DNA from: the human T2T-CHM13v2.0 reference genome, Homo sapiens
DNA: 64,000 bases
Reading direction: 5' to 3' (one strand)
NCBI RefSeq assembly: GCF_009914755.1
Contig: NC_060928.1
The notes below the pieces were generated by a model. It was given only the letters and a program-made list of their open reading frames with translations, had not been told where the DNA came from and made no database searches. A program made the position numbers and the translations under genes. Shown here piece after piece: positions 42,942 through 57,640 of this stretch. The first letter of the stretch is position 1. Every line of letters starts with the position of its first letter.

Positions 42942-44716
42942 AATATTAGACATTCTTAACCTCTGATAGTCCGTATTGAACAGATAACAGTTTCTCTATG
43001 CTCTTGTTGAGGCACCATTCCCTTTATGTGAATTAGGTGATATGTATATAAGCTTTATCTTAGTGATTTGCTTTTCTCTGTGAGACAGTTTGGATATGTA
43101 GTAAAGACAAAGGCTCTTAATTGACAAGAATGTAAAAACAAAAGTTTATGATTCTTTTTTAGAATATAAGTTGTTTTGTGTTTTGAAGAAGCATGATACA
43201 AGTAAGCTATACATATAAAAGTTGTGACCATTTGAAGGTCTTTTGGGGACAGTATAAATTTCTTTTGATCAAACGAAACGGGAAAAAACACAAACTTGCT
43301 TTTCAAAATGAATAGTTAATTTTTGCTTCTGTTGTACCCCATCTGAGGAGTTTTCACCATCCCTATTTGAGGATTGGGAACTCATGAATACAATGGGCGG
43401 CCTAAAAGGAACAAACATTTAACATTTAACAGTAGAATGATGACTATCATTGATTAGTAGTAATCATTGTTTTTGTAATACTTTCAGTTGTAACAGATAT
43501 TTTTGTAAGAATGCACAATAAGGTAATGTCATTAAAATTTAAAATTTAAATAGGCATTATTTAATGAGGTAGCAGTGTCTGAGAAAAGTCAAAAGAATTG
43601 TTTAGAGTTCTGTAGTGAGTTGAACCCAGCTGTTTTGACTCTGAATACTGTATTTTCCTAAGTCAAAAGACAGTATCAGTGAACGTATTTAAGGAGGACT
43701 GTATCTGTTAGGGATGGGATAGAAAGGATTCTTGCCTTGGATAATAGGGAGCTTCAAGTGACTGGCAACTGCTAAGATCTGTTTCAAGTAACATTTTCTT
43801 TGCATCTAAACTCCGTTTTTGAAATTTAGATCATTTGGCTAAGATTCTAGTTAATGTGTTTTTCTTTTTTTTTTAATCATACCCGCTTCTGGTGTGTGCT
43901 ACATTTAGCAATAAAGAAAAGCTTGTTTACTTCATTGTAGACTGAGCTTTGGAGAGATCTGATATGTTGTTTCGGTGTTTTTTTGTTTTTTTTTTGTGAG
44001 AAAGACTCAAATATATTTGTGAGATTTGATTAGATCAAAGACTGAATGATGTGCATCTCAGTTATAAGTGGATATAAATTCTATCTTTTATTTGAAGTCT
44101 AAGGGAGATAGGGGTGAGAAAGGAAATTACTGTTTCTACAACCATCCCAAATTTCATTGTAGGCTTTGCACTACAGTAATAAATCGAGATAACTAAATTT
44201 GCCTAGCTAAGATGGATAGATTTATTGGTTCCATTTTAAAATTTTTATATGAATAAGTAAACTGCTACCAGTTGCGTATATTTCATCTCTTCTAATAATG
44301 TTTTATTGCCATCTGCTCCCCTGCATTTTGACATCATTAAACTAAACAGCCCTCTTGCCGTAAAGCCCTGACTGGAGCTGTCCATTGTCAAAACTGGGGT
44401 GTGAAACATGTAAATATGCCCATCTCCTTACATAACAAGTAGATTTTTGTTTCTGATTCTCAGGAAAAAATAAAAGTAACAACCATTAATTGCCTGTTTT
44501 CTTTTTCTTCTAATTGTTCCTTCATTGAAATTTATTTGCGTGTTGGAAGCTTTCCAGTGCTGATGCAAGGCTTCATCTGTGAAAGCTGTTCTTTCTCCCC
44601 ATTTTCTTCTCTTTCTGAGATTAAAATATTAAACTTTTTATAAGGCAGACATCTACATTTGTTCATATATGCTTTTCATAAAGAATTGTTCTATTAATTG
44701 ATGCATATGGTTTAAA

Positions 44717-44940
44717 CCAAAGTTTGGCAAATGGTGTTCCTTGGTCACATCTGGCCCACCACTGATTTTTGTGAATGAAGTTTTGTTGGAAAACAGCTAC
44801 GGTACGGTTGTTTACGTATTGTTTATGGCTGATTTCATGCCACAATGGCAGAGTTGAATATTGCAAGAGTCTGTAAGGCCCACAAAGCCTAAAATATTTA
44901 TTCTCTGGCTCTTTACAGAAAAAGTTTTGTTAACACTGGT
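44717..44940. mobile_element. MER58A-like hAT transposon
   Basis: ggcccacaaagcctaaaatatttattctctggctctttacagaaaaagttt. Confidence 0.85.
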
Positions 44941-46257
44941 TTTCAAACGCATGAATAAGAATAACAATGCTTGATAATTCTGCATGGTTAGTTGCAGACT
45001 TTATTGACAGCCATCAGCACCCTTGGTAGCACTAGTCCTGAGATACTGTGATTGCCTATTTGCTTGTCTGTAGTGTCTTTAAGAAGATAAACTCTTTCTG
45101 GGCAGATATCTTATCCTTAAATGTATCTTCCACACCAGAAGAATTCTTACATCTAAAACGTTGTATGTACTAAGTAGTTGTTGAATGAGTGGATGTTTTA
45201 TTTTTTAACTATGTAAGATCTTATGTCAGAGTGTAATAATAATTGACATGTATGAAGCATTTCTTACAGATTCAAGGAAGTATAAGTAAACACTTTTACT
45301 ACTTCATTGAATCCTCTCACCCTTTGAGGTAGTTATTATTGCTGTTTTACAGATGAGGTAACTTAAGACCCAGAATGATGACATTTCTAACATCACAGCT
45401 AGAAAGCCCAGAACTAGGAGCCTATGTATCTTGAAATTTAGTTTTTATGCTAGATGTGCTGCTTCTTCCACCATAAAATAGCTGACCTACCATCTCTGCT
45501 TTTAAAAGATGCTAAATTCAAACATAACTTTGAAAAATGATAAAGTATCATTTATTTTGGAGAGCTAATGACTTTAATTGAGAGATATCTTAGAGAATTA
45601 GTGGTAGTAATAGAAATTTAAGGAGTATCCCAATTTTTAAATTTTACAATAACTTGTATTCATCATTAGAGACGTTGTAGATATTGACATTGAGAAATCT
45701 TAAAATATCTCTTTTTTTTTTTCCTGCTTCATTTTTTTTCCCCTACATGATTAGAACTCTATTTATGTGGTCAACTTAAACTGTAGGTACCTTTCTCCTT
45801 CATTTCTGAAATTAGGCTGCTTTCTTATTTGTATAAATAGTTGAAAATTGGTGGGAAAATGGTAAAAGCCAAACCCATGTAGCTTTCGTGTGACTTTGGA
45901 AGTAAGACATGTCAGAACTCTAGACATAATATGAGTATAAAATGATTTTAATGTATGTCCTTATGGTTTTCTCATCCAAATATGAGCAAAATTGTACAAA
46001 TTTAATATTTTAAATATATTCTAAGCTTACAAAGTCTGCATGAGTTTACCATTGATCCTCTTTAGTATTCCTGAGGTCATGCATTATGTCTCAGTTTTGC
46101 TTTGTTTTTTTAATATTTCAATTTTATTCTTTTTTATTTCTTTTCCTTTTTTTAAGAAAATGAAGCCCATTGGCCTCCTACAATAAAAGCATAGACTTGT
46201 CTTCCCACTCTAAGTAGAAAATGGAACAGTGATATTAAGATGATTTAGAAGATTCTG

Positions 46258-46614
<357 letters not shown>

Positions 46615-47575
46615 TTAAGATCTCATATCTTTATCTTCAGGGTACATACTGGGTTGCTTTTACTTGTATCTCTGACCAAATGGAAGTTTTCTATATAAGA
46701 TCAGCTAGGAGAAAAAGGCATGAATTTTGGTTATGTGTGATATAAGAAATTAAAAAGAGAAATGAACATAATCCAAGTCCCCACACTCACTTTAATTAAG
46801 ATATTGTAGATCCAGTTTAATCTGCGTTCTTAAAGTTGAAAGGCTGGTTGCTAATGGAAGAAGCTAGCCTCCTGAAGATGTGGAAATATTTGATACTTAG
46901 ACTTGGGTGCACCTGTTCCAGTGCTTTATAGCAAACATACCAGCATTCTCCACTGCTTAGAGAAATGGTAATAGTTTAATCTGTCCAATTTGCTTTTAAT
47001 CACTGATTTCATTTTTTAAAAATTGCACAATCGTCTCCAGAATGTACTTTCCTCTGATCCCAGATCTTGGCTTAACTGTCTCCATTTCTGTTGGATATGA
47101 TTTCATGCCTGGATTATGAAGAGTAGACTATTGTTTAGGCTTTCAGCATAAGGAGCTTGACAGACAAAATGCACATATTCTTTGCTTCTGTTGGCCACCA
47201 TCTGTTTGAGATGGCTGGGGAAGGGGCAGAGAAGAAAGCACTTGCTGCACACAATAGTATGCAAGCATGTTGCCATGACTGCTACCCAATTTAGTATGTG
47301 TAAAATTGCTACCATACCACTGAGAACATATTTCCTGAGATGTTGAATTACAATACTTTATCTCCCCGAGAGTGCCACTTTGATGTATCCCAGTTATTTA
47401 TACAAGCACAACATTAGCTTCAGTGTTTTTAACAAGAACACCTCTTGCAGTTGAGCCAGTTGTTTTTCACACCATAAAATCTCACTTATGACCTCTGCCT
47501 TGTTGGGGCTGTCAACATTTGTCTTTTGTCAGGGGGAGTATTAGTATCCATTGATTGATATATATATGTATATAT

Positions 47576-47873
<298 letters not shown>

Positions 47874-48121
47874 TGATATTTTCAATATCAGCCTTTCTTC
47901 TGACTTAATGAGAATGAAGTATTATAGGATTTTTAAAATAAGGAATCAAAATGTATTTTATAGTTATTCCTAGATTTGTCCCCATAACTTTCTTTGCTGC
48001 TTTAGCTTAATCCAAATGTAGTAGTTGAAGTATTCACACCAATATGAAGTTTGTACAATAAAATAGATTTAGTACTTTAAGCCTGTTTGTCCTTAGCAAA
48101 AGTATTAGATCTATAATTATG

Positions 48122-48391
48122 TTTCTCATTCTGTTGCCCAGGCTGAGGTGCAGTGATGTCATCACAGCCCACTGCAACCTTGAGCTCCTGGACTCAAGTT
48201 ATCCTCCTGCCTCACATCCCTGAGTAGCTATAGGTGCATGCCACCATGCCAAACTTTTTTTTTTTTTTTTTGTAGAGATGGGGGTCTCACTGTGTTGCCC
48301 AGGCTGGTCTCAAACTCCTAGCCTCAAGTGAGCCTCCTACCTCAGTTTCCCAAAGTGCAGGGATTGCAGATTTGAGCCACCACACCTGGCC
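48122..48391 (-). mobile_element. AluJ, tail-less
   Basis: Diverged reverse Alu. Confidence 0.88.
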
Positions 48392-49634
48392 ACATTTCTC
48401 TTCTAAAGCAATTTATGTAAATTCTCCTAAATGTTTCTCAAAACGTGAAGAATACAGCCTTTTATCCTTAAGTTTTATTTCAGGAACCTTGCAGCCATTA
48501 ATTATAATGGCTAAAAACTTTGGGCAGTCAGGTTTATGGAAATAAGTAGTATTTATCTAAGAAACTCATATTTTACAGAATACATGAAGGGCTTAAAAGT
48601 GATAATCTAAGCTGTTAAGAGACTTCAAGGAAAATAAAATAATAACGCCTTCATACATTTTTCCTACATTTATCCTAGCAGGCTCAGTAAGGAAATTAAA
48701 ATAGCAGAAATAAATCACCTCAACTATCACTATCCCCTCCTCCAAACTGGTCCAGAAGTGAGTACTAGCAGGTTTAGATCACATTTAAGGAGCTCTGACT
48801 TCATATTTTAATGAATCAAGACATTAACTGGCAAAGAACTCAGCACACAGTAGGTCCATAATAATTATTGATGAATTAATGCATAAGGACATAGTTTTTG
48901 GAGTGAAATAGACATGGTTTTGGATCCCGGATTCTCTGCTCCCCTCCACTGGCTTCCGTGACATACTCTTCTGGTTTTTCTCCTGCCTCTCTGTCAGTCC
49001 CTAAGGTATTTGTGTTATTTGCTTTCCGCCTAAGGAGCTCTTCTGTTTTCATGCTGTACTTTCCCTGAAACAGTCTCATTGACTCCCACAGACTCAAATG
49101 TCGTCAATATGTTGGTGACTCTTGAATCAATTCTTCTAGCTTAGATACTTCTCCTGAGTTTTTATATTCAATAAATGATCTGTACAGGCGCCTCCAACTT
49201 TAACATGCATGTGCTGTCCTCCACTGTGAACACACGCATAGCGTAGCGCCTGCCGCATTACAGGCTCTTAGCATAAACTTGTGAGTGAAACTCAGCATTT
49301 TCCCACCTTTCTGGCAGTTATCCCACTATAATATAATTGACTGTTTACTGGCTTATAACCTTCTTTAAACTCAGTAAGGGCAGAAATCATGTTTGTCTTG
49401 TCCATATTGGTAGAGCCAGTGCATTGTTTGGTACATAGCAGTTGTTCAAAAAACATTTGCCTCATTTCGTGATTCTACATGTTTTGGGGCAAGTTACTTA
49501 TCCTTTCAGAAGTTTATATTCTTGATCTGTTAAATAGTTGACAGTACCTTGAAATGTTGTTGTAAAGATGAAACAATTCAGTTATTCACTCTTCAAAACT
49601 TTTTACTATAGAAAAATGTTCAAATATATGTATC

Positions 49635-49688
49635 TGCACTCCAGCCTGGGCAACAGAGTAGAGACCTTGTCTCTAAAAACAAAAAAAT
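49635..49688 (+). mobile_element. Alu 3' fragment
   Basis: tgcactccagcctgggcaacagag...A-rich. Confidence 0.8.
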
Positions 49689-49729
49689 TAAATTAGAAAC
49701 AAAGAAAAAAATTACTGTGTTGGGAGATG

Positions 49730-50193
49730 TGTGGTAGGGAAAATAATGCCCCTTTACAGATGTCCATGAACACAGAACTTGTGACTATGTTATGTTATAT
49801 GGCAAAAAGGAATTAAGTTTGCAGATTGGAGTTAAGATTGCTTGTCAATTGACCTTAAAAATGGGGAGATTATCCTGGTTTGACCCAATGTAATCACAAG
49901 GGTCTTCAAAAGTGGAAGAGCAGGGAGGCGGAAGAGAGGATCAGAGTGATACTATGTGAAAACAATTCAACCCATGCTTGCTGGCTTTGAAGAGGTGGAA
50001 GGGGCTTTGAACCAGAGAACTGGGCAGCCTCAGTTTCCCTAGAGTCTTCAGAAAGAAAAATAGCCCTACCAACACCTTGATTTTGACCCAGTAATATCTG
50101 TGTAGGTTAACTGTTAGGTTTAGGTAATAAACTTGTGTTGTTTTTAAGCCAGTAAGTTATTAGTAATTTGTTACAGTGGCAATAGAAAACTAG
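49730..50193. mobile_element. MaLR LTR (MLT1D-like)
   Basis: tgtggtagg...ggagattatcctgg...cccaatgtaatcacaagggtc...taatttgttacagtggcaatagaaaacta. Confidence 0.82.
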
Positions 50194-50829
50194 TGATCAG
50201 ATAATCAGAAAAAAATTGAAAATTGGGTATTTCATGATATTAAGGAATATTTTTAAGTGTGATAATGGCATTATGATTATGTTTTTTAAAAGAGTACTCT
50301 TTTAGAGATTATATTACAATATAGATTAAATGGCGTATCTTGAATTTGTTTCAAAATAGTTCAGAGATGGCCGGGGAGCGAGGAGTGGAATATTAATGAA
50401 ACATGATCAATTATGAAGCAATGATTAACAAAGCTTGATTTTTCCATTTATTAAGTTGTACTAGTTTTTCAAATAATGAATTGGTTCCTTAGCATCTTCT
50501 ATACCTAAGCAACGTGGATATTTTTTTAAATTCTAGAATCATTGTAAACTCATAGACTTAGATACATTTGAAGTATTTCAATCCATTGTAGTTATTATTT
50601 TTATTTTTCTAAATGCTGAAACTGTCCCATCTACTTCTTCAAGTTATTTTGATGCAACTCTAGGAGTCTTTAACATTTTCCTTGCTTTCTAATTTGACAA
50701 GACATTCCAAACTCTCCTTACTCATTTTTTGCCCCAATCCTAGAATCAGCAATTTCTCTAAGACGTCTGGTTCCCTTTAGTAGAAAGACAATAATTCTGG
50801 TGCAGGAGTCATTTTTTCTCTGAATAAGG

Positions 50830-51510
50830 ACTTACTGAGCAATATGCCAGGGACTGCTGGGTGCTAGGGATAGAGCAATGTACAAAATAGATGGTGACCC
50901 TGACCTCAAGGTAGGAGAAGACAGATAATAAACAATAAAAAGAATATAACATGAGTGCTGTAGATAAAGAGAAACTGCTGAGGAATATTGGAACTGCTGC
51001 TTTGTGGGGAATGGGGTGCTGTTTTGTATAGGATGGTCCAGGAAAGCTACATTGATAATACGGCCTTTGAGCAGAGACCAGAAGGAAGTGAGGGAGCAAG
51101 CCGTGTGAACAACTGGAGAAAAGATTTCCAGGCAGAGGGAACAGAAAGTACAAAGGGCCTGAATCAGAAGCACGCTGGCCAGTACAGAGGAATAATCAGG
51201 GGGCCAGCATGTCTGGGATATAATGGGCAAGGGGTAGAGTGGCAGGAGATCAGGTCAGAGAGATAGCAGGGGTCAGATGCTCTAAGACCTTTGGTTTTAG
51301 TGCTGAGTTAAACGGTCACTATTGGAGGGTTTTGAGCAGAGGAGTATCTGTTCAAAACCCTCCAATTATATACTGACTTCATTTTTACTGACTTTTTTGT
51401 TGGTGGCAAGAGTAGAAGCAAGGAGATCTACAGGCAGTCACTGCTCTAATCCAACCAAGAGATGAAGATGGTGGCTTGGACCAAGATGTACTATGGAGGT
51501 GGTGAGACAT
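50830..51510. mobile_element. LINE-2 (L2a-like) fragment
   Basis: tttgagcagagaccagaaggaagtgagggagcaagccgtg...ccaggcagagggaacag. Confidence 0.8.
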
Positions 51511-53705
51511 CATTATGTGATGTGTTTTTTGTATCACCATGAGCAGTTCATCTTCCAACACCAAACTTGCTCTCCTGCTGATTATGTTTAGCAATACAGA
51601 AGCACTACTTCTAATAAGAGTAAGCTGCCTTAGAAGACACTAGCAACATCTGTTACTGTTTAAGTTTGTTCTTTGGGATATCATCCCCCATTCCCAGCTG
51701 ACTTAAGTTTCCAAGTAAAGTTTGACAGGATGTAGTATTTTTTTCGCATAGTGTATGTCGGTAGTAAGAATATTTTATTGGTAGTTGAAATTTTATTTGA
51801 ACCACAGAATCAACTGATTAACTTCATGCCTATTCAAGTACAGTCTGGCCAGGTGTTTAATCTATGCATTGTAATCCTCACTACTGTCTTTTAAGTGTGT
51901 TGGTTTAGAATTAACAGCTATTATGAACAGGAACAGAGACCAAAAATATCAAATAACCCCCACTTTATTCTTAATCCGGTGAGAAAACATCTGTTTTCAA
52001 AAAATTCACACGTACTACCGGGAACTTGATTGATTTTAATTAATATTTTCTTACTGGAAACTCTAGCAACTCTGTATATTGTGGATTAGGTATATTTTAC
52101 TGGACTAACTTAACAAATTTATACATTGTATGCTGAGAAAGTTTTCTGGTATGTTGCTAGGTTTTCCAGTAAATTTATGTTTACTTATTTAATGGTAATT
52201 ATTGTAATCTTAGGTTTGACTATCAGTGTTGAAAATCCAAAGAAAAGATTAAATATGAATGTTATTCTGAACCTTTAGAAGACTCATAAATAGCAATTTT
52301 AAAGTTAACGAAAGAGATTCTCACCAACACTATTGGTTTGGAGAGAAGCTAATGGATTTGAATTTCTAGTTTTCTGGTGGTGAAATGTATTTGGTACAAA
52401 AGAAAAAAAAAGTAATTTTCAAACAAGCTCCCAGGGAGTAGAGATTAGCCATAAAAGAAGCCAATATTTAATGAAAGTTGCTCAAGCCTTGAGTCAAGAA
52501 CCAATTTCCTCCTGATGTTCTCATTGTGACAGTTTCCTGACTTGCTCATTATTCAGTTCGAAAAAGTCACACTTTTTGTGACTTACATTCCTAGATTGTG
52601 AAATGGGGCTGATTCAACGCTCCTGTTTAATGTTATCATTAGAACTTAAAAGAAAAAAAAAACTGTGATGACAAGTAGATTGTCATCCTTAAGCTATCTC
52701 TAAAGAGGTGTATTTTTCTTTCTACATAGAAGTAAATGGTTTTTGCAATGGGTTCAATGCATTTGGAGCATTTTAGAGGTCAATGTGCTACCCATGGAAG
52801 ACTGGTTTTCTTTGTATGGTAGTGTAGTTCTCCACAAAATTATAATGGAAGCAGGGCTCATTTATGGTGCTTCCCCTGTCCCAAGACCTCACCCTGTTAC
52901 ACGTCCCTCTTCCCCGTAAGCCAAGTGAGCAGAGACTAGGAGGCTAGCACTTGACTGCTCAAAGGTTGCCCATTCCTGTGCTAGAGCGGTGGTGAGAAAT
53001 TCAGTCTGAAGAAATGAAACATCACTTTGTTCATACGGGAAATAGCTGTGCCGTGGAAATGTTCAGGACTTGGTAATTAATAGAGCTTGTGTAGCTTTGT
53101 GTGCAGGCCAATGTGCTAGCAACACAGCAACAAATGGAGGTGTGAGAATTTATTTCATATCCAAAGTGGTTAAAATGGGGCAGTAACGGAAAGCAAGGCT
53201 TTTCTTCCCAAGAAAGGAATAGCGGTAGAACTTAGAGCCTTTTTATGTGTGTTTGAGATACAGTCACATGTTTCATGTTTAAGAATGGCTTCTCATGCTA
53301 AATAAGTTAGTTCCCCGTATACCTTCTCCTTGAGGCATGGGCCAGATGGATTATGTCCCATTTTACAATGACTGATGGAGAATTACCACACTCTTTTATT
53401 GCTAAAAGTATCTCAGTGACTCAGTACTTTAGAGCTTATGCATAGATAATGTGATAAAATAAAGGCATATGGTAGATGAAAGGGTTTGGCTTTCTTTGAG
53501 GTCTGATTTTCAGATTTTCCAATTGGTTACTTTCCCATTATTTGAAATCCTGAACCTAATCCACATTTTTAAAGTATCTATCTCTACAGTCTTCTTTAAA
53601 AAGGCAAAAAAAAAAAAAAATTGGGAATCTTCCTTTTTTCATGTAACTGATTAAATAATATTTTTTCATCATTTATTTGTAAGGTAATTTTTTGGCTGTG
53701 GATAG

Positions 53706-54024
<319 letters not shown>

Positions 54025-54289
54025 ACTCATTTTTAAATAATTAATAATTAACTTAGGGAGGAAAAGATATTGACAGGATATTGATAAATAGCTAATAAAT
54101 TATACAGGTGAGGAGTGTTACTTCTAGCTGGGGTGGTCAGAGAAGACTTGGGAGAAGAAAATGAAACTTCTATGGGCTTTACAGAATGGGAAAACTATGA
54201 GTAGCAGTAGGAAAAGGGACATTTCCTTGGCTGAGGGTCACAGAGGCAGTGTCTGGTGTGGCATGTTCAAGGGATAGTGAATAAACTAT

Positions 54290-54468
54290 AGCATAGTTTA
54301 AGAGCAGACTCTGGAGCCAGACAGCTCAAGTTCAAGACTTTTACTTGCTATGTGACTTTGGGCAGATTTTTAAACCTCTCTTTGCCTCAGATTCCTCATA
54401 AATTAAAAAAGTGGTACTAATAACAAAATCAAAGGGCTGTTGTAAGGATTTAAGAATAGTGCCTTCAA
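54290..54468. mobile_element. MIR interrupted by Alu
   Basis: aagagcagactctggagccagac...tgtgactttgggcag...gcctcag. Confidence 0.8.
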
Positions 54469-54813
<345 letters not shown>

Positions 54814-56009
54814 CTAATTTAGTCTGAAGATGATGGCAGTGATATGTGGGGAAACAGAAAGGATAAGGTTTTACAGAAGATTGGAGTGGGCTTATTGAGG
54901 GACTTGACTTTCAGGACTACATATAGTTTGTAATGAGTTACAGAGGCTTTATTTTAGAAGCAGGAACATATGATCAGAGTAGTGTTTTTGGAAAAATAAT
55001 CTAGCAGAATAGGTAGAAAGGGAGACTGGCAGCAGAGAGTGGTTAGGAGACTTGCAATAGTCCAGATTTGAGGAATTCAAGACCAGAATTCAAAAGATAG
55101 AGGGTGGGTTTGGATTAGAACGGAAGGACAGACCTGAGAAAGAAACATTTTCTATGAAACAGTTGTTAGGGTCTGGGGACTAACCCTTGGAGACACAGGA
55201 GGCCGAGTTCTGTGCCTGCGTGAGTGGGAGAATTCTAGCATCTAGGCGTTCTTGGCAAGAGCTGGTAATATGTGCAAGAAGAAGAAATACATTTTACATT
55301 TCTTGAATTTAAAGATAATAACAGGTGTTAGAGTTGAAAACGTCCTGGAGAAAACATATTTGGTGCTCCAGAAGAAATCAGGCCTGGATAAAGAAATTAA
55401 AGATGCACAGAGGTAAGAGTTGGGCTGTGTGAGCAAATTAGGTAACAAGAAAGTAGTGTACCAAGTGAATATTACAGCACTTTTCTTTCCCATTTCTGTA
55501 AGAGAAAAGTGTGGGTCTAAGAGAATGGAAACATGTTCCTAGTCCAGTTGACTCACTTGAAACATGGGCAATAGTAGAGCTCCCTGGCCTGAAAGTGGCG
55601 TTTCACAGATCGAGTGCCAGGCAGTGCACTGTAGAAGATGTGTGAAGTGTCTATAAATGCTGGGTTTCTGGATCTGTAATTGCACATTATTGCAAACAGG
55701 CTTTATTCTAGTGAGGGAGAATTATCATATCAATTATCCTAATTAATCTTTCCCAATTCCAACTACACTTTAATATACTGTCAATGTGTTTTTACATATA
55801 TATGTATATTTATGTAAATACATTTATCTGTATACACTCTGTTAATTTGTATTATTTGTATGCTTTTCTTAAAAGTTGTTCCTTTTGGACTATTTTCACA
55901 TGCACCTTTTCTCTTCCATTAGATTTTAATTGCCTGTGGCTAAGGAGCAGACCATCTGTTGGTTTCAATCCTCACTGTTTTCTCATTCATTCACTTTTGT
56001 ATTGATTCC

Positions 56010-56800
56010 AGTTTATTTATTCATTCATTTATTCTCTCCAGACACTGTTAAGTTGCTAGGGTGCTGAATAAGACATAATTTCTGCCCTCAGGGAGTATAC
56101 TATCTAGTTAAGGGAAGGAAAGGCACAGAAATATATAGCAGAAACAGTAACACATTAACAGAAAATTATGAGAACACAGAAGAGAAACATTTAATCCAGA
56201 TTATATGGAGAGCGTTGGGGAGAAATGTAATTCAGGGAGAGTTTTTGGAGTAGTCGACTTCTGGGCTGAGACTTAAACAATAAAGTAGTGGTTACTAGGT
56301 AAATAGGAAGAAGGGTAGAAAATGGCATTACCGATGGTGAAAACAGCCTGAGCATACATAGACCCATTCACAAGAAAAAGTGAGGCAGTTTAGTGTTCTT
56401 GGAGCATAAAGTGAAAGGCAAAGAGCAGTGTAAGATGAGGTTGTGGGGCAAGCAGAGACCACTGGGGGGATTTGTATGCAGCACGTGGAAGCAGGGACTA
56501 CATTCAGGGGTCAAATAGGGAGATCCTTAAATGCTGTTGGGTCAGATTTCAGTCTTAGGTGGCTGTTGAGAGGATGAATGTAAGAAGGACATTTCTGGTA
56601 GCTGGTCGAGGTTGGTGACGTTGAGGATCTAAATTAAGACAGTATTATAGGAATGGGGAAGAGGAGGCAAAGTCAAGAACAATGTGAACTATCAAACCAG
56701 CAGGACCTATTACTATAAATGAGAGGGAGGAAGGACCAAGGATGCTTCTTATGTAGCTGCCTTCTATTCCTGGGTGACTGGTTGCACAGTCTCCTTAGAG
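56010..56800. mobile_element. LINE-2 fragment
   Basis: tttatttattcattcattt...ccagacactgt...ctgccctcagggag. Confidence 0.65.
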
Positions 56801-56995
56801 AATCCAGGAACAGAGAGAATATAGTGAGTTAATTTTTGGTTTTGTTATCTTCAATACATTGGGATTTTTAATACATCTATGACTATATTTGGAATTAAAT
56901 CTAATTAATGGTTAGCAGAGATGTCTAGATAATTAGAAATAACTCACCTTCAATATTTACCTTAACCATGTCTCCTCGTAGAAGCAGAGGTATGT

Positions 56996-57234
<239 letters not shown>

Positions 57235-57465
57235 CTATGCATACGTCTGTCATAATTCTTTTACTTTGTTGGAATCTTTGGTTTTCTTTCCCATTTACCT
57301 ACATAGTCACAGCCTAGTGTTTGATTCATAACCTCACTGTAAATGTGAGTGAGTGAATAACAAGTGAATAGATTACTGTTAAAATAATAATTTTTATTAT
57401 TTGATTGTTAGGAAAGGTTTATATGTGGCTTATTCTCATTCTGATTCTTCTGTTTTAACTCCTAG

Positions 57466-57640
57466 TACCTTCCACTGGAAGAATCTCAAACAGCGCTACT
57501 TACTCAGGATCAGTGGCACCAGCCAACTCAGCTTTGGGACAAACCCAGCCAAGTGACCAGGACACTTTAGTGCAAAGAGCTGAGCACATTCCAGCAGGGA
57601 AACGAACTCCGATGTGCGCCCATTGTAACCAGGTCATCAG
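57466..57640 (+). CDS. PDLIM5: PDLIM5 long-isoform exon, 175 nt, ending in start of LIM domain 1 (VPSTGRISNSATYSGSVAPANSALGQTQPSDQDTLVQRAEHIPAGKRTPMCAHCNQVI)
   Basis: cctAG|TA acceptor, AG|gttggt donor; CAHC = first CxxC of LIM zinc finger. Confidence 0.97.

Noticed and set aside
50809-51266. Three overlapping ORFs of 92-132 aa
   Set aside because: Lie in an L2 relic
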